From: Solirubrobacterales bacterium
GTDB taxonomy: Bacteria > Actinomycetota > Thermoleophilia > Solirubrobacterales > 70-9
DNA length: 64,000 bases
Direction: 5' to 3'
Assembly: GCA_046330285.1 (NCBI GenBank)
Contig: JAXLSX010000012.1
Location: 4,228 to 68,227, forward strand
The stretch's first letter is position 1, and every line of letters begins with the position of its first letter. Positions 25,504-35,180 of the stretch are shown one piece after another. Below the pieces are notes generated by a model. It did not search any database, was not told the DNA's origin, and worked only from the letters and a program-made list of their open reading frames with translations. The position numbers and the translations under genes were made by a program.

Positions 25504-26291
25504 AGCGGCGAGGGGCCGACGATCCGCTCGAAGCCGTCGGTCGCCGAGCCGGCGGCGATCAGCTCGACGTGCTCGCGCCAGACCGGTTCGATCTCGCGGA
25601 TGCTGGCGCCGAACGCCGTTTCGAGCGCCGTCTCGGGGCCGGCCTTCGGCAGGCGGGCGACGAGCAGGTCGCAGGCGTGGCGGCCGACCTCGGTGTCGAG
25701 CAGGTCGAACACCGACCCGCCGAGGATGATCGCGTCACGCGCCGAGGGCGGGAAGGAGGGGGCCGGGCCCTCGTTCAGGCGGCGCAGGACGGCCGGCCTG
25801 AAGCTCGAGTACTGACCCGCGTAGAACTGCGCCCCGCCTTCGATCAGCCAGGCCCAGCGGAGGTAGCGGCTGAACGCCCGCGGGCCCCAGGGCGGCGGGA
25901 TCTTGTCGTTGTTCGCCGCCAGGACGAGCTGCGCGTACAGGCGCTCGGAGGTGCCGAGCAGGGCGCGGAGGGAGTCGGGGCCGCCGGCCCGGCGCTCGAG
26001 GGCGCTGTCGGTCAGCGTGTGGAGCTCGGTCCGCGTCGCCCAGCCGGCGAGGTAGCGCCGGCCCGCCGGAGCCGCGGCCGCGCGAGCGGCCGGCAGGAAC
26101 GGGTGGGCGGCGGCGAGCCATCCCGAGCTCGGGTGGAGGATCGCCGTGACGCCGCCGGGCACGCGCTCGAACCGTTCCTCGAGCTTGAGTCGAAGCTCCT
26201 CGAGGCGGTCGAGCGTCCGCTCCGCGCACTCCTCGTCACCCTCCTCGAAGCGGACGGTGAAGCTGAGCGAGTCTGTTTCGGTCCAGGGCAC
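25500..26291 (-). CDS. Conserved-looking hypothetical protein (263 aa)
   Basis: Long ORF with GC3-rich codon usage and balanced composition. No motif that I can name. Confidence 0.6.
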   Translation of the reverse strand: MPWTETDSLSFTVRFEEGDEECAERTLDRLEELRLKLEERFERVPGGVTAILHPSSGWLAAAHPFLPAARAAAAPAGRRYLAGWATRTELHTLTDSALERRAGGPDSLRALLGTSERLYAQLVLAANNDKIPPPWGPRAFSRYLRWAWLIEGGAQFYAGQYSSFRPAVLRRLNEGPAPSFPPSARDAIILGGSVFDLLDTEVGRHACDLLVARLPKAGPETALETAFGASIREIEPVWREHVELIAAGSATDGFERIVGPSPL

Positions 26292-26374
26292 GGCCTACGA
26301 GGGTAGACCTGCGCGCCCCTCGGCTCGGATGGTGCCGGGCGCCCGTGCAGCCGCGGTTGCCGGGCGAGAGCCGG

Positions 26375-27049
26375 TCAGGCGCGGTCGCGTGCCGCGGCCG
26401 CGCCGACGTGACGAGCGAGGAGCACGTCGAGTTCGTCGCCGGGGTCGTCGATCCAGATCGGCGCCGCCGAGCCGTGCAGGGACGGATCGGCGGGGTTGCG
26501 GCCGAACCTCCTGGCGATCGCCGCGAGCGGCGGGAAGAGCACCGACTGCACGGGCGCCGGTGGGCTGACGAAGCGAATGACGTAGCGGTACTCGTGCGCG
26601 ATGGCCGCCAGCCAGAGCGGGTCCGGCATCCCCTTGTCGTTGACCTTCCCGAGCGCTCCGAGCGACCAGATCGCCTCGATCATCGCGACGAAGTTCTCCG
26701 CGGTCCCGGCCGGTGTCCCCGGTGACGCCTCGACCTCGACCCGGACCCGGGCGATGCCGGTGCCCGAGTTCCACCAGTCATGGACCACACCGGCGGGCAC
26801 TTCCGCGCGCCCGTCGCCGGCTCCCATCGGGCGTTCCGCGTCGTCGACCAGGAACGTGACGTCTCCCTCGAGGACCTCGAAGCGCTCGATCAGGGAGGGG
26901 TGGACGTGGGCGCCCGCCACCGCCGCGCCGGGCTGCAGCCAGAGGTCGACCTCGAAGCTCCTGCCACCCTCGGGGCGGGAGAGGACGTGAGCCAGTTCAC
27001 CCGTCACCGGGTTGTGTCCCCACTCGCGATCGTCCTGCAAGTTGTCCAT
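26375..27049 (-). CDS. Cupin domain protein with a C-terminal extension
   Basis: Cupin motif GAHVHPSLIERFEVLEGDV ... VPAGVVHDW. GGGAGGAA RBS upstream. Confidence 0.7.
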   Translation of the reverse strand: MDNLQDDREWGHNPVTGELAHVLSRPEGGRSFEVDLWLQPGAAVAGAHVHPSLIERFEVLEGDVTFLVDDAERPMGAGDGRAEVPAGVVHDWWNSGTGIARVRVEVEASPGTPAGTAENFVAMIEAIWSLGALGKVNDKGMPDPLWLAAIAHEYRYVIRFVSPPAPVQSVLFPPLAAIARRFGRNPADPSLHGSAAPIWIDDPGDELDVLLARHVGAAAARDRA

Positions 27050-27106
27050 CTCGGTTCCTCCCAGATCCGCTTTTCCGCCCGATAGTTAGTTAGCCTACCA
27101 AACGAA

Positions 27107-27601
27107 ATGACATCAAGTCGAAGACCGAAAGCGATTCCGGAGCCGTTCGGCGCCACCCGCGCGCCGATCGGCACCGGGAACTTCGGAAACCTGCTCCGCT
27201 ACCCGGCGATGGTCTTGAGCGAGATCGTCGCCCGCGAGGTCGCCGCCGCCGGTTACGCCGACCTGAGGCCCTCGCTACTCGCGATCGGCCAGCACGTCGC
27301 CGCCGACGGCAGCCGCGTCACCGAACTGGCCGAACGCGCGCAGGTGACGAAAGCGTCCGTCGTCGCCGCCGTCGACCAGCTCGAGCGACTGGGCTACGTC
27401 GAGCGGGTTCCCGACCCGACCGACGGCAGGGCCAAGCTCGTTCGCGCCACCGATCGCGCCCGCGGGGCGGAAGTCGCCGCGCGGCGCGCGATCGCCGCCG
27501 CCCGCGACGCCTGGGCCGAGGCGATCGGTCGCGGTCGGATGGATCAGCTCGAGGGAGCGCTGATCGATCTTCAAGCGGCGCTCTGGCCGGCCGACGAGTA
27601 G
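27107..27601 (+). CDS. MarR family transcriptional regulator
   Basis: 164 aa. Winged HTH: VTELAERAQVTKASVVAAVDQLERLGYVERVPDPTDGRAKLV. Divergent from the cupin gene. Confidence 0.88.
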   Translation: MTSSRRPKAIPEPFGATRAPIGTGNFGNLLRYPAMVLSEIVAREVAAAGYADLRPSLLAIGQHVAADGSRVTELAERAQVTKASVVAAVDQLERLGYVERVPDPTDGRAKLVRATDRARGAEVAARRAIAAARDAWAEAIGRGRMDQLEGALIDLQAALWPADE

Positions 27602-27625
27602 CGAAGCGCTCGCGGTTACGCTGCG

Positions 27626-28408
27626 GTGATGAGCTCTCCACCCGTCGGAGCACACGTGCAGGGAATCGATCCGCTCGCGGAGGCGGCCGCCGTCGAGGCC
27701 GACGTGATCCAGATGTTCCTCTCCGATCCACAGGGGTGGGAGAAGCCGCCGGAGCGCGCGGACGCAGGCGAGCTGCGCGACTCGAAGGTCGGGATCTACG
27801 TCCACGCCCCGTACCTGATCAACGTCTGCTCGCCGAAGCCGAACATCCGGCACGGCTCGCGGAAGATCCTCACGCAGACGTGCGAGGCGGCAGCCGCCGT
27901 CGGAGCGCTGGCGGTGATCGTCCATCCCGGTCACGCCGAGGACGGAATCGATGCCGGTGTCGGGCGCATGGCGAAGACCCTCGAGCAGCTCGACTCCGAC
28001 GTCCCGGTCTACCTCGAGAACACCGCGGGCGGCGACCATGCCGTCGCTCGCCGCTTCGACGCGCTCGCCCTGCTCTGGGAGGCGGTGCAGGGTGCGAAGA
28101 CGGGGGTCGATGTCGGCTTCTGCTTCGACACCTGCCACGCTCATGCGGCCGGCGAGGATCTGTCGGACGCCGTCGAGCGCGCGATCGCGATCACCGGCGG
28201 CATCGACCTGATGCACGTCAACGACTCGCGCGATCCGGCCGGGACCGGCGCGGACCGGCACGCCAACATCGGCGCCGGGACCATCCCCCTCGACGACCTC
28301 CGGCACATGATCCGCGCCGCGGACGCGCCGTCGGTCGTCGAGACCCCGCGCGACGCCGACGCCCTCCGCGCCGACGTCGAGTTCGTTCGCGCGGCTCTAG
28401 CCGGCTGA
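27626..28408 (+). CDS. nfo: Endonuclease IV (AP endonuclease, xylose-isomerase-like TIM barrel)
   Basis: GAHV N-terminus, HAPYLIN, IVHPGH, LENTAGG, DTCHAHAAG and MHVNDS motifs parallel E. coli Nfo. Confidence 0.88.
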   Translation: MMSSPPVGAHVQGIDPLAEAAAVEADVIQMFLSDPQGWEKPPERADAGELRDSKVGIYVHAPYLINVCSPKPNIRHGSRKILTQTCEAAAAVGALAVIVHPGHAEDGIDAGVGRMAKTLEQLDSDVPVYLENTAGGDHAVARRFDALALLWEAVQGAKTGVDVGFCFDTCHAHAAGEDLSDAVERAIAITGGIDLMHVNDSRDPAGTGADRHANIGAGTIPLDDLRHMIRAADAPSVVETPRDADALRADVEFVRAALAG

Positions 28409-29758
28409 GGTCGACGAGGCGTCGAACGCGGTCCGCGTCACGAACGCGTCGTAGGGCTGCACGACCGCGCGGATCGTCCTGCCCTTCGCGACCGCCTTCT
28501 CCAGCTTCGGTGTCGAGTCGATCACTGTCTGGCGCCGGTCGAGCCCGCTCTCCGAGGGGGGCAGCCATCCGAAGTTGAACCGGCCCTTCGCCAGCCTCTT
28601 GCCGCCCTTCGTCTCGAGGACGACCGTTCCGGCGCAGCGGCTGTCGAAGCTGTCGCGGCGCCTCAGCGCGACCGTCGCGCCGTCACCGAGGTCGATCCCG
28701 TTCGCCCGCACGCTGCAGGCGATCGAGGACTTCTTCGTGCAGTGCTTGCCCGGCGAGCCCTTCGGCACCGGCGGCCGCGAGACGTCCATGTTGCACATGG
28801 TCTTCTCGAGTCGCATCGGCTGGGCGGACATGATCCCGTCGACGCCGAGGTCGAAGAGGTACTTCATCGTCGGCTCGTCGTCGATCGTCCAGGGGTGGAC
28901 GGCATAGCCGTCGTTGTGCGCCTTGTCGACGAACTCCGGGGTCACGACCGGGATCCCACTGAACTTCATCGGGACCTGGAACACCTTCGAGCCCTCGGGG
29001 GGCGGAGTGTTGCCGAGGACGTAGCCGGCGACGCCGCCGGTCGCCGGGGCCATGTCGATCTGCGGCGCCAGCTCGTGGAAGTGAGCGAGCGCTGCGTCGT
29101 CGAACGAGGCGACGACGATCCCCTTGGTGCGACCGAGCCCGTTCAGGAAGTCGGCGAGCACCTCGGCGTTGTGGAGGTAGTCGGCGGGGGTCTCGTCGGC
29201 CTGGCCCTTGATCTCGATGTTGATCGGGACGTCGGGGTACTTCTTCATCACCTGCGGCAGCGTGGTCATCCGGAAGTCCGCGGGCTTGAACCCGGGCGGG
29301 GGCTTCACGTCGCCCGTGGCGACGCCGCGGAACGGGTAGTCGGAGGCCGGGCGGTCGGAGTGGTCGGTGCCCTTCCCGGGGACCGTCCAGTAGCCGGCGT
29401 CGAGCGCCTGCAGTTGCTCCAGCGTCATGTCGCCGACGGCTCCGGTGCCGTTGGTGGTCCGGTTGACCGTCCCGTCGTGGATGACGATGAGCTTGCCGTC
29501 CGCCGACGTGTTGATGTCGGTCTCGAGCATGTCCGAGCCGAGCCGGAGCGCCCGGTCGTAGGCGTACATCGTGTTCGAGGGAGCCTCGTCCTCACCGCCC
29601 TGGTGGGCGATGTTGAGAGTCCGCAGCTCGGTCCAGTCGGTCGGTCCGGCCGTGGCGATCGCGGGCAGCGCGAGGACGGCGGCAGCGGAGATCAGGGCCG
29701 GAAGCATGAAGCTGCGGAGCCGGCTCCTCCGCGTACGAGTCTCGGGAATTCCCTCCAT
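28397..29758 (-). CDS. Secreted glycerophosphodiester phosphodiesterase (GDPD) with a C-terminal extra domain
   Basis: Signal peptide. IAHQGGEDEAPSNT, LETDINTSADGKLIVIHD, and a distal HPWT motif. Confidence 0.85.
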   Translation of the reverse strand: MEGIPETRTRRSRLRSFMLPALISAAAVLALPAIATAGPTDWTELRTLNIAHQGGEDEAPSNTMYAYDRALRLGSDMLETDINTSADGKLIVIHDGTVNRTTNGTGAVGDMTLEQLQALDAGYWTVPGKGTDHSDRPASDYPFRGVATGDVKPPPGFKPADFRMTTLPQVMKKYPDVPINIEIKGQADETPADYLHNAEVLADFLNGLGRTKGIVVASFDDAALAHFHELAPQIDMAPATGGVAGYVLGNTPPPEGSKVFQVPMKFSGIPVVTPEFVDKAHNDGYAVHPWTIDDEPTMKYLFDLGVDGIMSAQPMRLEKTMCNMDVSRPPVPKGSPGKHCTKKSSIACSVRANGIDLGDGATVALRRRDSFDSRCAGTVVLETKGGKRLAKGRFNFGWLPPSESGLDRRQTVIDSTPKLEKAVAKGRTIRAVVQPYDAFVTRTAFDASSTSAG

Positions 29759-29819
29759 GGCCGGGAAGTCTATGGACGCCGTCGCCGCGATGTTCCGGTT
29801 GGCCGCCGGACCGCGTCGG

Positions 29820-30785
29820 TCACGAGCCGCCGGTCCCGACGCGCTCGCGCTCGTAGTCGAGCTCGGTGCGGATTCCCCGGGCCGCCATCGCCGCCCGCGC
29901 CTCCTCGATCGACCCCGCCCCGGCGATCAGCTCCGCCAGCGGAGCCGCCGGGCCGATCGCGCGGCGGGCGTCGAAGACGAAGCCGAGGGCGCCGACAGGC
30001 CCGAGCTCGACCGTGCGCCGGCCGTCGCGGATCGGGACCGGTCCGGTCTCGCCGAGCGCGCAGCGGGCGGCGAGCAGGCTTGCTTCGGTCGGCACCGAGC
30101 CGGCGACGGCGACGACCTCGCGCGCGGCGTCGGCGGCGGGCGACAGCGTCCCGCTCCACGCCTCCTCGCGCGCCAGGGCGGCGACCCGGTCGAGGACTTC
30201 TGCAACCGTCAACTCGCCGTCGCAGCCGGCCCCGAACGCGCAGCCGACGACGTCGATCCGATCGGGAAGGTGCTCGGCGGCGGCGAGCAGCAGCGCGTCG
30301 CAGAGCGGGCTCGAGAGCCCGGGCTCGGCGCCCGTGGCGAGGACGTCGCCGCCGACGTCGAGGAGGACGACGAGGTCGCATTCGAGCCGGTCCGCGAGCG
30401 ACTCGATCCCACCGGCGACCGCGGTGGGTCCGTCGTTGACGTCGACGAGAGCCGTCGGGCGACCGAGATGAGCCGCCACGCCGGCCTCGGCGAGGCGGAC
30501 ACCCTCCGGGGTCCGGCCGTCACCGCCGGTCAGGGCAGCCGCGTCGCCGAGCCTCTCGACGCCGCTCAGGTGTTCGAGCGGGCGGGGCCCGGCGTGGTAG
30601 GGGTCGACCGAGAAGCGTTCCCAGGCGACCCCGCCCAGCTCGACGCGGCGGCCGGTTCGCTCGATCTCGCGGGCGATCGCGAGCGAGCCGACGACGTCGC
30701 CGCCGCCACCGATCCCGAGGACGAGCGCGCCTCCGTCACCCCGCCCGAGATCCTCGGGTAGGTGAGCGGTGAGTGGTTCGGGCAA
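29820..30785 (-). CDS. Uncharacterized protein, DUF1152-like (glycine-rich GIGGGGD and DVGGD motifs)
   Basis: 321 aa. LVLGIGGGGDVVGS near the N-terminus and LLDVGGDVLA mid-protein. The family assignment is from memory of DUF1152 and is not verified. Confidence 0.6.
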   Translation of the reverse strand: MPEPLTAHLPEDLGRGDGGALVLGIGGGGDVVGSLAIAREIERTGRRVELGGVAWERFSVDPYHAGPRPLEHLSGVERLGDAAALTGGDGRTPEGVRLAEAGVAAHLGRPTALVDVNDGPTAVAGGIESLADRLECDLVVLLDVGGDVLATGAEPGLSSPLCDALLLAAAEHLPDRIDVVGCAFGAGCDGELTVAEVLDRVAALAREEAWSGTLSPAADAAREVVAVAGSVPTEASLLAARCALGETGPVPIRDGRRTVELGPVGALGFVFDARRAIGPAAPLAELIAGAGSIEEARAAMAARGIRTELDYERERVGTGGS

Positions 30786-30799
30786 GCGCGAGCGGGCGC

Positions 30800-31447
30800 T
30801 CAGGCGAGCGCCGGCTCGGGCTCCTGCTCAGTCGAGCCGGCGCCGCAGGTCTCGCGGATCGAGGCTGCGGCGCGGTCGAACTCCTCGTCGGCCATGACCG
30901 GCACGCCCTCGAACGGGAGGTCGCGGTCGATCTCGACCCAGGAGTGGCAGCCGATGTGCTCGTCGCGGACGCGGACCGTGACCGGTCGCGGGATCCGGTG
31001 GACCTTCAGCAGCAGCACATGCAGCGGGTGGGTCCGCTTCCAGCGGAGCCGCTTGCGGGCGTAGTCCTGCGTCCACACGTGGTAGGGGCTGAGCGAGTCG
31101 ACGATCCGCGGATCCTCGATCGTGAAGTGGTCGGCGACCTCGGCCCAGGCGCGGATCCGGACCCGGTCGGGCTGCGGGATGCCGCCGTCCTGGAGGAGTG
31201 CCCGCGGGGGCGGCTCCTCGTCGGGCCAGACGCCCTCCTCGAGGGCCCGGCGCAGCTCCGGGTGATGGGACTCACGGACGAGGTCGTTCCGCTGGTGGTC
31301 GAACGTCGGGTAGAGGAAGAACTGCTCGTGCTCGAGCTCGAAGTGCTTGTTCTCCTCGCGGATGCCGCCCTTGCGGAGGGTGACTAGCTGCTCGCCCTCG
31401 GCGAGAGCGCGCACGGTGACGGACCATTCCTTGAAAGCGATTGGCAT
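30800..31447 (-). CDS. Uncharacterized protein, DUF1802-like
   Basis: 215 aa. The N-terminus AFKEWSVTVRALAEGEQLVTLRKGGI ... FFLYPTFDHQ resembles DUF1802. Assignment from memory, not verified. Confidence 0.6.
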   Translation of the reverse strand: MPIAFKEWSVTVRALAEGEQLVTLRKGGIREENKHFELEHEQFFLYPTFDHQRNDLVRESHHPELRRALEEGVWPDEEPPPRALLQDGGIPQPDRVRIRAWAEVADHFTIEDPRIVDSLSPYHVWTQDYARKRLRWKRTHPLHVLLLKVHRIPRPVTVRVRDEHIGCHSWVEIDRDLPFEGVPVMADEEFDRAAASIRETCGAGSTEQEPEPALA

Positions 31448-31546
31448 GGTGATTTGTCGTCCGGGGTCGTGGTTCAGGGCGGGGTCGCGAGGCTCGGACG
31501 AGGGCGACCCTGCCGGGGCCGCTGGTGGGCCCGTCGGAGGGCCGCG

Positions 31547-31575
31547 AGTCTAGACCAGCCTTCCCTCAACGGCAA
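31547..31575 (-). promoter_or_regulatory. Predicted sigma-70-type promoter (TTGCCG-17 nt-TAGACT) upstream of the DUF1802-like gene
   Basis: On the minus strand, -35 at 31575..31570, a 17-nt spacer, and -10 at 31552..31547, in the 158-nt gap after hyuB. It would give a GC-rich leader of about 95 nt. Confidence 0.3.
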
Positions 31576-31605
31576 ATAAGTTACGAGTCGCACATTGTCT
31601 TGCAC

Positions 31606-33144
31606 TCATCCCGGGATCGGTTCCGATCCGAGACCGCCGCCGCCCGGCGTCTCGATCCGCAGGACGTCGCCGGCGACGAGCTCGCCCTCGCACTTGGCCG
31701 GCAATGGGCTGCCGTTGAGACTGTTGGACCCGGCGGCACCGTCGCCGCCGCCGAGCCGCCCGCGGGGTCCGCGCGAGCGCCTCTCGGTGATCAGCGTGAA
31801 GCGCATCGGCGCCAGCGCCTCGAACTCCCTGACAACGCCGTCGCCGCCGTGCCGACGGCCGCCGCCTCCGCTTCCCCGCCGGATCGCTAGCTCGGTGATC
31901 CGCACGGGCAGGTCAGCCTCCAGCGACTCGACCGGCGTGTTCAGCGTGTTCGACATGGCGACGTGGACGCCGCTCGGGCCGTCGGCGCCGACACAGGCGC
32001 CCTGGCCGCCGCCGATCGTCTCGTAGTAGGTGAACTCCTCGCCGGCGCTGTGGCCCGAGAGCGTCAGGTTGTTCATCGTCCCCTGGCCCTGCGCGGGCCC
32101 GTCGGCGACGTCGGCCAGCGCCGCGAAGACGAGATCGGCGACGCGGCTCGAGGTCTCGACGTTCCCCGCCGCCACCGCGGCCGGCGGCAGGGCGTTGAGG
32201 ACGGAGCCGGCGGGCGCGTCGATCCGGACCGGGCGGAACGCACCTGCCGACGCGGGAGCGTCGGGATCCGTAAGCGAACGAACCGCGAACAGGGCCGCCG
32301 CCCGGGTCACGGGCAGCGGGCAGTTGAGGTTGCCGTCGACCTGCGGGGCCGATCCGGCGAAGTCGATCGCGATCTCCTCGCCGGCGATCTCGACCCGGAC
32401 GCGGAGGGGGATCGGCGTGCCGTCGGCCGCCTCGAGCTCGTCGGCCGCCTCGTGGACGCCGTCGGGGAGTGCATCGATCGCGTCCCGGCTGCGGCGCTCG
32501 GCGTAGTCGAGGACCGACGCCATTCCAGCGAGCAGCCGCTCGCGGCCGATTCGCCCCGCCAGCTCGTCGATGCGGTCGCGGCCCCGGAGGTTGGCGGCGC
32601 GCTGGGCCCGGAGGTCGGCGAGCCGCTGGTCGGGACGGCGCATCCGCTCGGCCAGCGCGACGAGCTCGGCATCTCCGGCGCGACGCGGCTCGATGACCAC
32701 CCCCTCGTCGGCGAGCGTTCGCGAGTCGGCCGGCATCCCGCCCGGCGTCGGCCCGCCGACGTCGGCGTGATGAGCGCGGCTCGCGACCCACCCGCACAGG
32801 TCACCGCCGAGGAGGAGGGGGGAGACGAGGGTGATGTCGGGCAGGTGGGTGCCGCCGCGGAACGGGTCGTTGAGGATCCAGACGTCGTCGTCGGAGGTGT
32901 CCCCGGCCAGCCGGGCGACCGCCTCGACTGCGGCCGGCATCGATCCGAGGTGGACCGGGATGTGCTCGGCCTGCATGACCAGCTCGCCGCCGGCGTCGAA
33001 GATCGCGGTCGAGCAGTCGTGGCGCTCCTTGATGTTCGGCGAGTAGGCGGCGCGGATCAGGACGGCGCCCATCTCGTCGCAGATCGAGCGTAGCCCCCCG
33101 CTGAGGACCTGGAGCTCGATCGGATCCGGGGACGGGCCGGTCAT
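31606..33144 (-). CDS. hyuB: Hydantoinase B / oxoprolinase family protein (HyuB)
   Basis: 512 aa. AYSPNIKERHDCS, ND PFRGGTHLPD and GGGG(L/Y)G C-terminal motifs. 4-nt overlap with hyuA. Confidence 0.9.
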   Translation of the reverse strand: MTGPSPDPIELQVLSGGLRSICDEMGAVLIRAAYSPNIKERHDCSTAIFDAGGELVMQAEHIPVHLGSMPAAVEAVARLAGDTSDDDVWILNDPFRGGTHLPDITLVSPLLLGGDLCGWVASRAHHADVGGPTPGGMPADSRTLADEGVVIEPRRAGDAELVALAERMRRPDQRLADLRAQRAANLRGRDRIDELAGRIGRERLLAGMASVLDYAERRSRDAIDALPDGVHEAADELEAADGTPIPLRVRVEIAGEEIAIDFAGSAPQVDGNLNCPLPVTRAAALFAVRSLTDPDAPASAGAFRPVRIDAPAGSVLNALPPAAVAAGNVETSSRVADLVFAALADVADGPAQGQGTMNNLTLSGHSAGEEFTYYETIGGGQGACVGADGPSGVHVAMSNTLNTPVESLEADLPVRITELAIRRGSGGGGRRHGGDGVVREFEALAPMRFTLITERRSRGPRGRLGGGDGAAGSNSLNGSPLPAKCEGELVAGDVLRIETPGGGGLGSEPIPG

Positions 33145-35123
33145 CGCGGCACCTCGCGGGTGGCGACGATCGTCCCGATCGCGTCGACCTCCGCCTGCCA
33201 GCCGGCCGGTACGAGGAAGGTCGTCTCCGGCAGCTCGAACACGCAGGGCCCGTCGAGCCGGAGGCCGGCCGGGGGCTCGCCGGTCACGACCTCGATCGCA
33301 ACGTCGGTCGCGCCGAACCGGGCTTCCCGCCGCGAGCGCCGCGGCTCGGAATCCCCGGCCGGTGGCGGGTCGAAGTCGGAGAGCTCCTCACGGGCGGCGA
33401 GCCGGACGTTGACGAGCTCGACCTCGCCGTCGTCCTCGCGGTACCCGTAGCGGCGCTCGTGCTCGGCCGCGAACTCCTCGGCCAGCTCGTCCGGGTCGGG
33501 GTCGAGCGGGCCGTCGAGGGGCAGCTCGAAGGACTGGCCCCGGTAGCGGAGCTCGTAGATCGCTTCGAGCACGGCCCCGGCGGGAGCGTCGAGGCCGTCG
33601 CGTGCCGCCGCAACGGCCCCGGCGAGCCCATCGCGGCTCAGCTCGGATCCGCTCAGCATCACGGTCCGGGTCGTGTCGCGGCGGCGTTCGGCGCAGACGA
33701 GGCCGAGTGCCGACAGCACACCTCCCGACCGGGGGCAGAGGACACGGCCGATCCCCAGCTCCTCGGCGATCGCGACCGCGTGGAGCGGCCCGGCCCCGCC
33801 GAACGGCAGCAGGTCGAATCCGCGCGGATCGATCCCGCGTTCGACGGTGATCACCCGAAGCGCCCGGACCATCTCCTGATTGGCCACCGCGTGGATGCCC
33901 ACGGCCGCGTCCTCGACCCCGATGCCGAGGTCGGCCGCCAGCGCCCCGACCGCCGCTCGCGCGGCTTCGCGGTCGAGCCCGATGCCGCCGGCGAGCCCGG
34001 CCTCCTGGTCGAGGTAACCGAGAAGCAGGTTCGCGTCCGTCACCGTCGGCTCGGTCCCGCCCTTGCCGTAACAGGCAGGCCCGGGCTCGGCTCCCGCCGA
34101 TCGCGGGCCGACCCGCAGCGCGCCGCCGCGGTCGCGCCAGGCGATCGACCCGCCACCGGCGCCGACCGTGTGGACATCGACCATCGGCAGCTGGATCGGG
34201 CGACCGTCGAACTCGCGGGACTCGGTCCGCCCGACCCGGCCCGACTCGACCACGCAGACGTCGCAGGAGGTTCCGCCCATGTCGAGACCGAGTGCGTCAC
34301 CGCGGCCGGAGGCCGAGGCGAGCAGGCCGGCTCCGACCGCGCCGCCCGCCGGCCCGCTGAGGACGCTCCAGGCGCCGCCGGCCGCCGCGCGGGCGGCATC
34401 GGTGACGCCGCCGGAGGACTGCATGATCAGCGGCTCCGGGATGCCGAGCTCGCCGCAGCGCTCGCCGAGCCGCCGCAGGTAGCCGCCGAGCAGCGGCGAG
34501 AGGTAGGCGTCGAGGACGGTGGTCGCGCAGCGCTCGTATTCGCGGAACCGGGGCAGGACGCCCGAGGAGCTCGAGACGTGGAGGCCGGGAAAGCGCTCGC
34601 GGAGAGCGGCGGCGAGCAGCCGCTCGTGGGTGGGGTCGGCGAACGCGAAGAGCAGGCAGACGGCGACGGCCTCGGGCTCGAGGCGCTCGACCTCGTCGCC
34701 GACCCGGTCGATCTCCGCAGCGGTCAGCTGCCGGACGACGCCCGCGGGTCCGATCCGCTCGTCGACCGCAATCCGCAGCTCGGGCGGCGCGAGCGGGGGA
34801 GGGCGGTCCTCGCAGAGGCGGTAGAGCGAGGGCCTGTTCTGGCGCGCGATCTCGAGCAGGTCGGTGAACCCGGCGGTCGCGACGAGCGCGGTCCGCGCCC
34901 CGCGGCGCTCGAGCAGCGCGTTCGTCCCGACGGTCATCCCGTGGGCGAAGCGGCTCACCGCGGCCGGCTCGGCACCCGCCGCCTCGAGGACGGCGGCGAT
35001 TGCGGCCACCACGCCCTCCGACTGGTCGCCGGGGGTCGAAGGCGCCTTCGCGGACGTGACCCGGTCGCCGTCCACGAGGACGGCGTCGGTGAAGGTCCCT
35101 CCTACGTCGACCCCGAGAAGCAC
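33141..35123 (-). CDS. hyuA: Hydantoinase A / oxoprolinase family protein (HyuA)
   Basis: LLGVDVGGTFTD N-terminus and DMGGTSCDV. The start is set at GTG 35123, which gives the family-typical N-terminus. The longest ORF begins at GTG 35180, directly after the upstream stop. Confidence 0.88.
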   Translation of the reverse strand: MLLGVDVGGTFTDAVLVDGDRVTSAKAPSTPGDQSEGVVAAIAAVLEAAGAEPAAVSRFAHGMTVGTNALLERRGARTALVATAGFTDLLEIARQNRPSLYRLCEDRPPPLAPPELRIAVDERIGPAGVVRQLTAAEIDRVGDEVERLEPEAVAVCLLFAFADPTHERLLAAALRERFPGLHVSSSSGVLPRFREYERCATTVLDAYLSPLLGGYLRRLGERCGELGIPEPLIMQSSGGVTDAARAAAGGAWSVLSGPAGGAVGAGLLASASGRGDALGLDMGGTSCDVCVVESGRVGRTESREFDGRPIQLPMVDVHTVGAGGGSIAWRDRGGALRVGPRSAGAEPGPACYGKGGTEPTVTDANLLLGYLDQEAGLAGGIGLDREAARAAVGALAADLGIGVEDAAVGIHAVANQEMVRALRVITVERGIDPRGFDLLPFGGAGPLHAVAIAEELGIGRVLCPRSGGVLSALGLVCAERRRDTTRTVMLSGSELSRDGLAGAVAAARDGLDAPAGAVLEAIYELRYRGQSFELPLDGPLDPDPDELAEEFAAEHERRYGYREDDGEVELVNVRLAAREELSDFDPPPAGDSEPRRSRREARFGATDVAIEVVTGEPPAGLRLDGPCVFELPETTFLVPAGWQAEVDAIGTIVATREVPR

Positions 35124-35180
35124 CGGCCCATTACACCGCGCTCGGGGCCGCCTCGGCCCCGAGCTGCGCCGGGCCGGCAC

